64,000 bases of DNA from an uncultured Granulicella sp. Its GTDB lineage: Bacteria; Acidobacteriota; Terriglobia; Terriglobales; Acidobacteriaceae. Shown here piece by piece: positions 47,142 to 57,055 of this stretch. Within the stretch, counting starts at the first letter, position 1, and every line of letters begins with the position of its first letter. The notes beneath the pieces were generated by a model, which worked only from the letters and a program-made list of their open reading frames with translations, was not told the DNA's origin and ran no database searches. The stretch lies in contig CAZZYQ010000017.1 in NCBI GenBank assembly GCA_964658395.1, forward strand, positions 982 to 64,981. Direction: 5' to 3'. Made by a program: the position numbers and the translations under genes.

Positions 47142-47979
47142 GCTTGGAGCGGAGCACGTTGAACAGTCCGTTCGGGCGGATACGGATCAGACGGACGCTG
47201 TACTCAGAGCGGCGGCAGCTGATGTAGTCTCCTCGGTTGATCTCCACTGCCTCCTGCCCGTCGACCGTCAACACGATCTGGCTGGGCACGCCCTCGATCT
47301 TGACGGTGATGGTCGATTCTCCTGGAACCACGATCGGCCGGATCGTCAGCAGGTGCGGACAGATCGGCGTCACTACCATTGCATTCACGTTCGGCATCAC
47401 GATCGGTCCGTTCGCTGCAAGCGAATATGCGGTTGAACCCGTGGGCGTGGAGACGATCACGCCGTCCGCCCGGAACGTCGCCACGAACTGATTATCCAGA
47501 GCAATCGTAAAGTCAGCCATGCGGGCGATGGCGCCTTTTGCAAGCACGACATCGTTCAGCGCGTCCCAGGTCTGGCAGAGCTGCTCGTCGCGAAACAACT
47601 CGATTCGCATCATGCTGCGAAGCTCGATACCCGCGCAGTCGGTGCACCACGCATCCAGTACGGGATACATCTCAGAGAGCGGAATCTCGGTAAGGAAACC
47701 GAGCGAGCCGAGATTGACGCTGAGGATCGGCACCTCGCTCCGCGCAAAGGAGCGGGCCGCCGAGAGCAGCGTGCCGTCGCCCCCAAGTACGATCACCAGG
47801 TCCGGCTTGTGCTCCGGCATGTCCTCGCGCTCGATCGGGTCTGCGGCATCGATGTAGTAAGCGCTCTCCGGATCGACCAGATACTGGTATCCGCGATGCG
47901 ACAACCAGGTCGTCAGTTCGGGCAGGATCGTCCGAAGCTCCGGCTTCTGCGGCTTGGAGATGATTGCGGCCAGTGGCAT
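47128..47979 (-). CDS. nadK: NAD kinase
   Basis: VLGGDGTLLSAAR motif and the conserved C-terminal beta-sandwich region (STPTGSTAYSLAANGPIV). Confidence 0.9.
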   Translation of the reverse strand: MPLAAIISKPQKPELRTILPELTTWLSHRGYQYLVDPESAYYIDAADPIEREDMPEHKPDLVIVLGGDGTLLSAARSFARSEVPILSVNLGSLGFLTEIPLSEMYPVLDAWCTDCAGIELRSMMRIELFRDEQLCQTWDALNDVVLAKGAIARMADFTIALDNQFVATFRADGVIVSTPTGSTAYSLAANGPIVMPNVNAMVVTPICPHLLTIRPIVVPGESTITVKIEGVPSQIVLTVDGQEAVEINRGDYISCRRSEYSVRLIRIRPNGLFNVLRSKLKWG

Positions 47980-48026
47980 TTGATTTTAGTGTAACGGCTA
48001 CCGCGTGGCTCAGCCGAAGATCACCT

Positions 48027-48857
48027 CTACCGCCACTGCGAAAGCCAGGAACCAAATTCTGCGTAGAGCAGGTATTCGTGGTTGCCTTCCATGCCGCGGA
48101 TTGGAGAGTCGATCAGGTCGACCATTCCGCCGCCACATTCCCGAACGCATGCAAGCACGCGATCAGTCGCCAGCTGCCGTGCTGCCGGGTCGCGCACAAT
48201 GCCGCCTTTTCCGACGTTCTCGCGACCTGCCTCAAACTGCGGCTTCACGAGCACCACTGCCCTTCCTTGCCATCTGGAGCCAGGCGTCGCCAGAGCGGCC
48301 AGCACCGCTGGCAGCACCAGCGTGGCCGAGATGAACGATACGTCCATGGCAAGAAAGGCCGGTGTCTCCTGCTGGTCCGCGGCCACCAGTTCACCGGCGG
48401 AGAGCAGTCTCGCATTTGTCCGCTCCCGAAGAAGGACACGTTCGTCCCGCCTGAATTTTTCTGCAATCTGTCCGTAGCCGGTGTCCACCGCAAGCACGCT
48501 GCGCGCCCCATGTTGCAGCATGCAGTCCGTGAATCCTCCGGTCGAAGCGCCGATGTCAAGGCACGCCGTTCCGGCGATGTCGATCGACCAGTGGGTCAGA
48601 GCTCTCTCCAGCTTCAGACCACCCCGGCTCACGTAGCGCAGGTCCTCGCCGAGCATTCTGATTGCAGCACTTGGCGCGACGGATGTGCCAGGCTTGTCCA
48701 CTCGTTGGCCGTCTACAAGCACGCGACCCGCGAGGATCAATGCCTGAGCGCGTTCCCGCGATGCGACATGGCCCTGTTCGACCAGCAGCTTATCGATGCG
48801 AACTTTCGCTGCGGCTTTCTCAATCGGCAAATCACACGTCTCCGTCTCATCCAGCAT
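48027..48857 (-). CDS. tlyA: TlyA-family rRNA 2'-O-methyltransferase
   Basis: S4 domain VRIDKLLVEQGHVASRERAQALILAGRVLVDG, FtsJ-like SAM motif LDIGASTGGFTDC. The start is uncertain (48857 ATG versus 48947). Confidence 0.8.
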   Translation of the reverse strand: MLDETETCDLPIEKAAAKVRIDKLLVEQGHVASRERAQALILAGRVLVDGQRVDKPGTSVAPSAAIRMLGEDLRYVSRGGLKLERALTHWSIDIAGTACLDIGASTGGFTDCMLQHGARSVLAVDTGYGQIAEKFRRDERVLLRERTNARLLSAGELVAADQQETPAFLAMDVSFISATLVLPAVLAALATPGSRWQGRAVVLVKPQFEAGRENVGKGGIVRDPAARQLATDRVLACVRECGGGMVDLIDSPIRGMEGNHEYLLYAEFGSWLSQWR

Positions 48858-49146
48858 ACGGTCTCGCACCGCGGCTGATTCAACTCTTTGCCGTCGGCGG
48901 ACGCTGTCAGCCTCAACTCCTGCTTCGAACAGATTGCGTACAAGCAAGCTCGTGTAACGAAATCTTCTAGCGCGTCACTCCTTCTGTACTCATCCGCTTC
49001 CAGCGGATGGTTTCTGCTTTCTCTCCACACATCTTCAGTTACAGTTAGGGAGAAGAATTGCCTGTCGGCCATCTGATTCAGGCGAACACGACAATGGAAC
49101 CTGTACCACTTTTGTTCAGCGACACTGCAATCTGCAATAAGTATGG

Positions 49147-49722
49147 GTGCGTTCTATGTATAGAGACACGGGTTTGTTGAACACCCCGCAATCATCAATG
49201 GATGGAGATTTACATCTTCTTTCGCTGGTGCAGCGGGGCGACGAACAGGCGATGGCCTCGTTGTTCGATCGCTACTCAAAGGTCGTTTACTCTGTCGCGT
49301 TGCGGGTGCTTCGTGATACAGCGGCCGCAGAGGATGTTCTTCAGGAAATCTTTATGCAGATCTGGCGCAATCCGGACGGTTTCATCGCAACCCGAGGCAG
49401 CCTGGGCGGCTGGCTCGCAGTGGTCGCGCGAAACCGCTCCATCGATGCGCTGCGGCGCAAACGTCCGATGGATTCCGTGGAAGATGTGGCCCTCGCTTCA
49501 CCCTGCAACCTCGGCGATGAGGCCGAGCGCAACATCATGATGGAACGGGCGAGACTGGTGATACATAAGTTGCCGTCCGAACAGAGAAAGACGCTGGAGA
49601 TGGCGTTTTTTGATGGATTGACCCACTCTGAGATCGCCGAGATGACAGGAGATCCTCTCGGCACAGTGAAGACAAGAATACGCAGCGCGCTGTTGACGTT
49701 GAGAAAGGCCTTTCAATCATGA
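49147..49722 (+). CDS. ECF (sigma-70 group IV) RNA polymerase sigma factor
   Basis: Region 2 (DEQAMASLFDRYSKVVYSVALRVLRD...DVLQEIFMQIW) and region 4 HTH (LTHSEIAEMTGDPLGTVKTRIRSAL). The start may be ATG 49156 or 49198. Confidence 0.8.
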   Translation: MRSMYRDTGLLNTPQSSMDGDLHLLSLVQRGDEQAMASLFDRYSKVVYSVALRVLRDTAAAEDVLQEIFMQIWRNPDGFIATRGSLGGWLAVVARNRSIDALRRKRPMDSVEDVALASPCNLGDEAERNIMMERARLVIHKLPSEQRKTLEMAFFDGLTHSEIAEMTGDPLGTVKTRIRSALLTLRKAFQS

Positions 49723-50582
49723 CCGCAAACCAACATATCGATCAGGATGAATTGGCGCTCTACGCAATGCAGTTCTTGTCGGAGAAGCAAGCCGGAGAAG
49801 TCCGGCAGCATCTCGAAGTATGTCCTGGATGCAGCGAAGCGGTCGCTCTGATTCGTGGAGACCTGGCCGTATTGGCACTTACTGCGGACATGCATGCACC
49901 GCCGCCGTCGGCGCGGCACCGCTTGTTGACTCAGGTCGCGCGAGAGCGGAAAGTGGTTCAGATCGACAAGACCTCAAGCTCTTTTCACGAAGATGCCGGA
50001 AGTCCTCTGAGCACACGTCTGCTGATTGACGATTCAGAGGTTCAGCAGGTCACGACAGTGTCGAAGATCCTGCCGTGGGTCAGTTGGGTTGGCTGGGCAG
50101 TAGCTGCCGGTGTTACGGTGACGGCGGTCGATCTTTCTCGCGAGCGTGATGCGCTCCGTGCTGATGTCGCGCGGCAGGCAGGTGCCATCGCTTCTCTCTC
50201 AGTGGATGCTGAGAAAGGCCGAGCTCTGGTCAGCGCCCTGACTGATACTAGTGCGATGCGAGTCACACTGACTCAGACCCCGGCCAAAGCGCCGCCGCCG
50301 CAAGGCCGCGCCTCCTACATTCCGGAGAAGGGATCGCTGGTTTTCACCGCGAGCAATCTCGAGCCGCTCCAGCCGTATAAGACCTACGAGTTGTGGCTGA
50401 TCCCGGCCGACGGCCACGATCCTATCCCTGCGGGAACCTTCCAGCCTGATGCTCGCGGCAACGCCAGTCTGATCATGCCCGATATTCCCAAGGGTGTCAT
50501 CGCGAAAGCCTTCGGCATCACCATCGAGGATGAAGGCGGATCGAAACAGCCAACTCTGCCTATAGTCTTGGCAGGGGCTTGA
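49719..50582 (+). CDS. Anti-sigma factor (zf-HC2 N-terminus, TM helix, RskA-like periplasmic C-terminus)
   Basis: HLEVCPGCSEAV zinc motif, TM helix ILPWVSWVGWAVAAGVTV, C-terminal YELWLIPADG...PAGTF. ATGA overlap with the sigma gene. Confidence 0.7.
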   Translation: MTANQHIDQDELALYAMQFLSEKQAGEVRQHLEVCPGCSEAVALIRGDLAVLALTADMHAPPPSARHRLLTQVARERKVVQIDKTSSSFHEDAGSPLSTRLLIDDSEVQQVTTVSKILPWVSWVGWAVAAGVTVTAVDLSRERDALRADVARQAGAIASLSVDAEKGRALVSALTDTSAMRVTLTQTPAKAPPPQGRASYIPEKGSLVFTASNLEPLQPYKTYELWLIPADGHDPIPAGTFQPDARGNASLIMPDIPKGVIAKAFGITIEDEGGSKQPTLPIVLAGA

Positions 50583-50612
50583 AGAACTTCCATCCGGTTC
50601 TGCGTGTAACTC

Positions 50613-50648
50613 AAAGAAGCCATCCAGCCTGTGCTGGATGGCTTCTTT
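50613..50648. terminator. Bidirectional rho-independent terminator between convergent genes
   Basis: Perfect 16-bp stem aaagaagccatccagc / gctggatggcttcttt with loop ctgt. The A/T runs are part of the stem ends, so it can work on both strands. Confidence 0.75.
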
Positions 50649-50670
50649 GAGTTCCGCCTGAAGCAGCGAT

Positions 50671-52026
50671 TTACGGCTGAGTGACCCTGACCTGAACTCC
50701 ATAGCCCTGAAGCGGAATAGTCGCTTCGATCGCATTGGTATCGGTACGAATCACAGTCATCGTAGATGAGGTGGTGGAGGTGACGTAGACCTTGCCCGTA
50801 GGTGTGCCGGTGGTTACGGCAACAAAGGTAGGACTGGTTGTCGCAGGCACTGGGATCGTGGCCGTCACGGCGTTCGTCTTCAGGTTGATGACGGAGACGG
50901 TGCTATCGCCCTGGTTGATAACGTATGCCTGCGTACCGTCCTGCAGCACACCCACCATCAACGGGTTCTTGCCAACGGGGATATTGGCGACGAGCGAGCC
51001 AAATCCGACGGCGTCGATTGGGTTGTTCGGATTGCAGTTGGGGTTCGTCGGCAGCGAACCAGCCGAGCACAACGGAATGCTGAAGATACTGACACTTCCA
51101 TTGCTCGTTCCATCGCCTTCGTTCGCTACGACCACCTCAGAGAGGGTCGGCGCAAAGTCTGCCCAGATGGGCGCCACTGCTGCTGGGTCCTGAATGGTTC
51201 CGTTGGTCACACCCGGATCGAGTTGATTGTTCTGTGCGTCGATCACGCTGATCGTGTTCGACCCCTTGTTCATGATGAACGCGCGCCGCGCGTCTGCCGT
51301 CATCACGCCATATACGGGATTGATGCCGACCGGGATGGACGGATTCGACGGTGTGTTCGTCGCGGTCTCGATCGCCGTGGCAGTGCCCTGGCCGCCTTCG
51401 GGGGCGCTCGGACTGAGGACGTAGACTCGGGGGGCCGAGGCCACCCCGGCGATGTAGACAGGGGAAGGTCCGACCGGGGAAAGCTCCTGCTGCAATGTCA
51501 GAGGGCTGCCGCTCAGCGCGGCCACTGAGCTTCGCGCCGGCTGCGTCACGTACGTGTTTGTGCCCTGCGGGAAGATACTGGTCGGCAAGGTGGCATTCGG
51601 CAACAGCGTAGTCTGCTGCACCGCGCTCGATAGTAGTCCAGCCGAGATGCCAAAGCTGTTCAGAGTGCCATCGCCATTCAACGTGTAGCCGGTTCCACCG
51701 CCGCTGCCCAGAATCAGGTACTGCGGCCTCACACCAATACCCGCCGTAATCAATACAGTGTCACCGGAGAAGTCAACGAACGTGACCAAGCCGCCGAGCG
51801 TTCCCGGACCGCCCAAGTTCGGATCGGAGATTGCCACAGCGTATTTTTGCGGCTGACCGGCCGGACCAACCGGATTGATCGCGGAGATGACTGGCCGGTA
51901 GCTTCCATTGCAGCCTGTAAGCGCTACCAGCGCGGCGGCCAATAAGGCCTTCGTCGGTACCCGGCGGTGTCGCTTCAAGTCGTCTCGCGGAACCTGCGTC
52001 GACCGGTCTCCTGCTACTACTTGCAT
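50671..52026 (-). CDS. YVTN-type beta-propeller repeat lipoprotein
   Basis: Lipobox LVALTGC. Repeated ~40-aa units such as AFIMNKGSNTISVIDAQNNQL, AYVINQGDSTVSVINLKTNAVTATIPV and VYVTSTTSSTMTVIRTDTNAIEATIPL. Confidence 0.6.
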   Translation of the reverse strand: MQVVAGDRSTQVPRDDLKRHRRVPTKALLAAALVALTGCNGSYRPVISAINPVGPAGQPQKYAVAISDPNLGGPGTLGGLVTFVDFSGDTVLITAGIGVRPQYLILGSGGGTGYTLNGDGTLNSFGISAGLLSSAVQQTTLLPNATLPTSIFPQGTNTYVTQPARSSVAALSGSPLTLQQELSPVGPSPVYIAGVASAPRVYVLSPSAPEGGQGTATAIETATNTPSNPSIPVGINPVYGVMTADARRAFIMNKGSNTISVIDAQNNQLDPGVTNGTIQDPAAVAPIWADFAPTLSEVVVANEGDGTSNGSVSIFSIPLCSAGSLPTNPNCNPNNPIDAVGFGSLVANIPVGKNPLMVGVLQDGTQAYVINQGDSTVSVINLKTNAVTATIPVPATTSPTFVAVTTGTPTGKVYVTSTTSSTMTVIRTDTNAIEATIPLQGYGVQVRVTQP

Positions 52027-52151
52027 ACTTGCTAAGTGCAAAACTGCTCCCACGGTGCGGCTGGTGTTGGCTATGCTCAAGCCATGATTGTAAATCAAGC
52101 GTTCGGCCGGGTCGCCACGCCTCCTTGGATTGCAAACGAGGATTGGCTGTC

Positions 52152-53087
52152 ATGAAGGACATCCGCCAGAACACCTTCAGCCGTACCAATGTGCCTCCAC
52201 GGCGTGTTGCACCCTGGCCGAAGGCGATTCCTGAATCGCGAGACCGTCTGCAGAGCGACCTGCTCACCGGCGCTCTCGCGACGCTCCTGACTGCGAAAGC
52301 CGCAATCGAACTCCTCGGCATCTTCCGTGCCGCGCCTCTTCCGCGCTGGTTCCTGCTGAGTTGTTGCGCGAGCCTTGGCTTCGCCCTGGTGGTGTGGCTG
52401 CTTCGGGCGGCGACCGGACCGGCGGCCGCAATGGGCGGCCTTGTCTGCGTGCATGTCCTTCTTCGCCAGCAACTCGGTCTCAAATGGACGGACACAGCCA
52501 TGCCTGCGCTGCTGGCGCTCTTCCTGCTTACCTACGCCGCAACAAAGTTCGGCCGACGCCGCAAAGAGGCGATGGGTACCGCCGAGGAACGCCATGGCCG
52601 GCGTGCCTCGCAGGTGCTCGCCAATCTTGGAGTAGCAGGCCTCTTCGCTGCCGGAGGTACACCCGGATCACCCGCTGCTGCGGCGATGTTTGCCGCCTGC
52701 ATCGCGGCGCTCGCGGAAGCGACCGCAGATACCGTCTCCTCCGAAGTTGGCCAGGCGCTTGCCCGCTCAAAGTCGGGAAGAACGCTGCTCATCACCACGG
52801 GTAAAACGGTGCCGCCGGGTACCGACGGCGGGATAAGCGTCGCTGGGACCGCGTCGGGCCTGCTGGCTGCGGCGGTCATTGTCATGCTGAGCTCAGTCGT
52901 TCGAGAACCACGGTTGGCGCTGGCTGTCTTTGGAGCCGCTGGGGGCGGCCTCCTCTTCGATAGTCTGCTCGGGGCGACAGTGGAACGTCGCGGCTTGATC
53001 GGCAACGACGTTGTCAACTTGTCGTCAACCATCTTCGCAGCAGCTGTTGGCTTCGCCGCCGCTCTGGCTTTACCTGCTCTACGCTAG
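52152..53087 (+). CDS. DUF92/TMEM19-family integral membrane protein
   Basis: Multi-TM protein with AATKFGRRRKEAMG, RRASQVLANLGVAG and ADTVSSEVGQ segments typical of DUF92. ATG at 52152 is preferred. Confidence 0.55.
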   Translation: MKDIRQNTFSRTNVPPRRVAPWPKAIPESRDRLQSDLLTGALATLLTAKAAIELLGIFRAAPLPRWFLLSCCASLGFALVVWLLRAATGPAAAMGGLVCVHVLLRQQLGLKWTDTAMPALLALFLLTYAATKFGRRRKEAMGTAEERHGRRASQVLANLGVAGLFAAGGTPGSPAAAAMFAACIAALAEATADTVSSEVGQALARSKSGRTLLITTGKTVPPGTDGGISVAGTASGLLAAAVIVMLSSVVREPRLALAVFGAAGGGLLFDSLLGATVERRGLIGNDVVNLSSTIFAAAVGFAAALALPALR

Positions 53088-53743
53088 TCGCCCCTGCCCT
53101 GAAGCCAGTCCATCTGAAGATTCAGGCGCAACAGGGTATAGCTCAACATCTCGTGCATATAGCGCTGCGCCTTCTCGAGGTTGCTTATGCGCCCGACGCT
53201 CGGCCGCGGAGAGGTATAGACATCGAGGCCGGCGTTCCGGCACAACTCCCGGATGCGGAACAGGTGGGTCGCATCCGAAACCACCACAATATGACGCATA
53301 TCGTTCGCCCGCGCAATCGCGGCCAACCGGTCGACCTGCTGCTCTGTATTGGTGGAGCGCGTCTCCGCGATGATCTTGCCGTAGGGCACGCCATTAGCCA
53401 GCAGGTAGTCTCTGCCGACACCGCCCTCGGTCGTGCCAGACTCCTTGTCTCCGCCGCCTCCCAGCGTAATCACGATGGGCGCAATCTGGCGTTTGTACAA
53501 GGCGACCGCATGGTCGAGTCGCGCGTGAAGCACGGGGGATGGATGTCCGGAGTACTCTGCCGCCCCAAATACGGCGATTGCATCGGCTGTCTGTGCTTGA
53601 TCTTCCTGCGCGACCCGGTCGATCTCCGTATAAACCCAGATGAACCAACCCAGCACAACCAGCAGTGCAAGACCAACCACCCTGCGAACGAAATTGCCGA
53701 CGCGGGATGAAGAGCCGCGGCTTCTTTGTGGCGGAGAAGTCAT
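53084..53743 (-). CDS. YdcF/DUF218 family protein (ElyC/SanA-like), membrane anchored
   Basis: N-terminal TM anchor, then AIAVFGAAEY, ITLGGGG and VVVSDATHLFR segments characteristic of DUF218. Confidence 0.65.
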   Translation of the reverse strand: MTSPPQRSRGSSSRVGNFVRRVVGLALLVVLGWFIWVYTEIDRVAQEDQAQTADAIAVFGAAEYSGHPSPVLHARLDHAVALYKRQIAPIVITLGGGGDKESGTTEGGVGRDYLLANGVPYGKIIAETRSTNTEQQVDRLAAIARANDMRHIVVVSDATHLFRIRELCRNAGLDVYTSPRPSVGRISNLEKAQRYMHEMLSYTLLRLNLQMDWLQGRGD

Positions 53744-53843
53744 GCTGAAGTGCGACCAGTATATAGGCGAGCCCGATTGCGCTCATGCTACAGACGCCTG
53801 CGGAAAGAGCGCTTCTGTTCTTGAAGTCAGATCTCTCCGCGCA

Positions 53844-54488
53844 CTACCGCTGCAACGTCAGCGCGATCTCATGCGTAGCAATCGCGCCCTCGCGAACGAT
53901 CATCCACGAGTTACCGCCGCCGGACAGATCGACGATCGTAGTCGCGGTGGAACGGGCCGTAGGACCACCATCCACAATGAGTGGAATCTGGTTCCCAAGC
54001 TGGGTCAACACGCAATTTGCGTAAGTACATTCCGCATGGCCGCTGAGGTTTGCCGAGGTGGCGGTTATTGGCAGGCCCAGCTTCGCGACCACAGCACGAG
54101 AGATAGCGGCCTCCGGTACCCGCAAAGCAACGTTTCCGGTATTTGCCGTCACCCGCAGCGGCAGCTTCGAGCCTGCTTTTACGATGATCGTCAGCGGCCC
54201 GGGCCAGAACTTTTCCGCTAGCCGGTCGAATGCCGTATCGATATCCCGCGCCAACTCATACGCCTGTGCGACCTCGGAGATCAGCAGGGACAGCGGTTTA
54301 TGCCTGGCGCGTGTCTTTATCTCGTAAATTCGGTCTACCGCCCGCAGATTCACCGGGTCGACGGCCAGCCCGTAGAACGTGTCTGTGGGCAAGGCAACAA
54401 CCTGGCCCGAATTTAGATTGTCGACAACGATACTGACGAGCGCCGGTTCCGGTTCATCAGGATGAATACGAAGGATCTCGGCCGTCAA
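53844..54488 (-). CDS. tsaC: L-threonylcarbamoyladenylate synthase (YrdC/Sua5/TsaC family)
   Basis: YrdC-domain motifs VVALPTDTFYGLAVDP, KTRARHKPLSLLI and ITATSANLSG. TTG start. Confidence 0.75.
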   Translation of the reverse strand: MTAEILRIHPDEPEPALVSIVVDNLNSGQVVALPTDTFYGLAVDPVNLRAVDRIYEIKTRARHKPLSLLISEVAQAYELARDIDTAFDRLAEKFWPGPLTIIVKAGSKLPLRVTANTGNVALRVPEAAISRAVVAKLGLPITATSANLSGHAECTYANCVLTQLGNQIPLIVDGGPTARSTATTIVDLSGGGNSWMIVREGAIATHEIALTLQR

Positions 54489-54633
54489 GTCAGCTCCTTA
54501 GGAGATTGGCGGGCTCTGCCTCGTGCCGCCCGAACAGTATTCCAATTTTGCACCTTAGCATAACTCCGTCAACGTCCCCAAGCCGACTCTCCTTCGCGAT
54601 GTTCGTACTGGTGCCGACGAGTAAGATTTCGGG

Positions 54634-55440
54634 ATGAGCTACAGCAGGACCGCGGATGTGATCACCAGCCGCACGAACCCACGCGTGAAGCAGCTTCGCG
54701 CGGCCTTCAAGGCTCAGGCGCGGTTAAGCGCAGGCCTCGTTGCAATCGAAGGCGACAACCTTGTGAAGGAGGCCTTACGCAGCGGGATTGCACTTGAAAC
54801 CGTCTTCGTCTCTGACGATCGGTCGCTGCCATCGTTCCTACCTTCCCATGTCGAAGTCCTGCAGCTTAGCGGCGAGGTCTTCGCGAGCGTGGTGGAGACG
54901 CGATCGCCCCAAGGATTAGCCGCCCTGATCGTGCCGCGGGTACATCCGCTTGAGGCCGTGATCGCTGGAACGGCGCTCGTGCTGGTCGCGGCGGGACTGC
55001 AGGACCCGGGCAATCTTGGCACCCTCATCCGGTCTGCCGAGGCCTTTGGCGCTACGGGTGTGCTTACGACTGAGGGCACGGTCAGTCCATGGAATGGCAA
55101 GGCCCTCCGGGCCTCAGCCGGAAGCGTCTTTCGCGTGCCGGTGGTCAGCGCGACCCACGCCGATCTCCTTATGATGAAGAAGCGCGGGGTCAGCATCATC
55201 GCCGCCATCCCGGAAGGCTCGCGTTCGGTCGCGCTCCAGAATGCGTCGCTCTCCGGTCCTTTGGCGATTCTGATCGGCAACGAAGGCAGCGGGCTAGGTG
55301 ACGATCTGCTGCGCCTTGCTGACCTTCGGGTGACGATCTCCTGCCCCGGCAGCGTTGAAAGCCTTAACGCGGCCGTAGCAGGCTCGCTGTTCCTGTACGA
55401 AGCTGCCCGGCAGCGGGCCGCGGCTGGGAGCAATCGATGA
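54634..55440 (+). CDS. TrmH/SpoU-family RNA 2'-O-methyltransferase
   Basis: SpoU motifs LQDPGNLGTLIRSAEAFG, ILIGNEGSGL and ESLNAAVAGS. Confidence 0.8.
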   Translation: MSYSRTADVITSRTNPRVKQLRAAFKAQARLSAGLVAIEGDNLVKEALRSGIALETVFVSDDRSLPSFLPSHVEVLQLSGEVFASVVETRSPQGLAALIVPRVHPLEAVIAGTALVLVAAGLQDPGNLGTLIRSAEAFGATGVLTTEGTVSPWNGKALRASAGSVFRVPVVSATHADLLMMKKRGVSIIAAIPEGSRSVALQNASLSGPLAILIGNEGSGLGDDLLRLADLRVTISCPGSVESLNAAVAGSLFLYEAARQRAAAGSNR

Positions 55441-56783
55441 GTCTGTTCGATACATCACCGCTCGCCGCGCCATCCAGTTCCCGCGCCGGTACTCCGCTCG
55501 CGGAGCGCATGCGGCCTCGAACGCTCGACGAGTTTACCGGCCAGGAGCACCTCCTGGGCGATGGCAAGCCGCTTCGGCTTGCGATCGAGCAGGACGACGC
55601 CACATCCATGATCTTCTGGGGTCCGCCGGGGACAGGCAAGACCACGCTCGCCAAGATCATTGCGCAACGCACCGAGGCCAGCTTCATCGAGTTCTCTGCC
55701 GTGCTGAGCGGCATTCGAGAGATCAAGCAGGTCATGATTGAAGCCGAAAAGGCTGTGCAGTTCGGCTCGCGCACCATCCTGTTTGTCGACGAGATCCATC
55801 GCTTCAACAAGGCCCAGCAGGACGCCTTCCTGCCCTACGTGGAACGCGGCACCATCCGCCTGATCGGAGCGACCACAGAGAACCCATCCTTCGAGATCAA
55901 CGCCGCACTCCTCTCTCGCTGTCGCGTATACACCCTTGTGGGCCTGTCTGAGCGGCAGGTGGTGGATCTTCTTACCCGCGCCCTCACGGATACGGACCGC
56001 GGGCTCGGCGCCTTGGGGTTAACAGTGGACGACGAAGCTCTTTCCACCATTGCCGCACACACCAGCGGCGACGCGCGCAGTGCGCTCAACTCGCTGGATG
56101 TCGCCGCAAAGCTGGCAAAGGGCCGGGGCGACACAGTGCTTAGCAAAGCGCTTGTCTCGGAAGCCATGCAGCGCCGCGTCCTGCTCTACGACAAACAGGG
56201 CGAGCAGCACTACGACATCATCTCCGCGCTACATAAGAGCGTCCGCAACTCCGACCCGGACGCCGCACTGTATTGGCTCGCGCGCATGTTGGAGGCAGGC
56301 GAAGACCCGATGTACTGCGCTCGTCGTATCGTGCGCATGGCAGTCGAAGATGTTGGCCTCGCCGCTCCCGAGGCGCTGAACCTCTGCCTCTCCGCGCGCG
56401 AGGCCGTCCATTTTCTTGGTATGCCCGAAGGCAACCTTGCGCTCGCCCAGGCCGTCGTCTATCTTGCCCTCGCGCCGAAGTCGAACGCACTCTATACCGC
56501 CTACAGTGCCGTGCTGGCGGACATAGACCAAACCGTCGCCGAACCTGTTCCGCTGCATCTTCGCAACGCGCCAACTGGACTGATGAAGTCCCTCGACTAT
56601 GGCAGGGACTATCAGTACGCTCACGACGTTAGGGGCCGTGTCGCCGACATGGTTTGCCTTCCGCCAAACCTTGCACACAAGCAGTACTACCTGCCGACGA
56701 ACGAAGGCCGGGAGCGCGCGTTCGCCCAGCGCATGGAAGAGATTGCCCGGATCAAAGCCGGGAAAGCTGACGATAAAGCGTGA
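55437..56783 (+). CDS. rarA: Replication-associated recombination protein A
   Basis: AAA+ Walker A GPPGTGKTT, Walker B ILFVDEIHRFNK, MgsA C-terminal domain. ATGA overlap with the upstream gene. Confidence 0.9.
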   Translation: MSLFDTSPLAAPSSSRAGTPLAERMRPRTLDEFTGQEHLLGDGKPLRLAIEQDDATSMIFWGPPGTGKTTLAKIIAQRTEASFIEFSAVLSGIREIKQVMIEAEKAVQFGSRTILFVDEIHRFNKAQQDAFLPYVERGTIRLIGATTENPSFEINAALLSRCRVYTLVGLSERQVVDLLTRALTDTDRGLGALGLTVDDEALSTIAAHTSGDARSALNSLDVAAKLAKGRGDTVLSKALVSEAMQRRVLLYDKQGEQHYDIISALHKSVRNSDPDAALYWLARMLEAGEDPMYCARRIVRMAVEDVGLAAPEALNLCLSAREAVHFLGMPEGNLALAQAVVYLALAPKSNALYTAYSAVLADIDQTVAEPVPLHLRNAPTGLMKSLDYGRDYQYAHDVRGRVADMVCLPPNLAHKQYYLPTNEGRERAFAQRMEEIARIKAGKADDKA

Positions 56784-57055
56784 AGGACTGTCTCGAACGC
56801 AGACATCAGCAGGAGCAACGCGGCCTTTCATCGGATTCGCACCCCGACGTTGGGAACCGCCATCAGGCAACAAAGAAAGTCAGCAAGTTTTGACGCTGCA
56901 GCAAGAAGTTCTTAGTTCGTTAGACAACATAACATTGCAGACGCTTTTCGCCCGGCGACGCACCCAACGCTTGCTTAGGTATACACATCTCAGGTTTCAG
57001 CCGGAAGCGCACGACAGCGACCGCACTCTCACTGCCATGCCTGAGGGCCTAAGAC

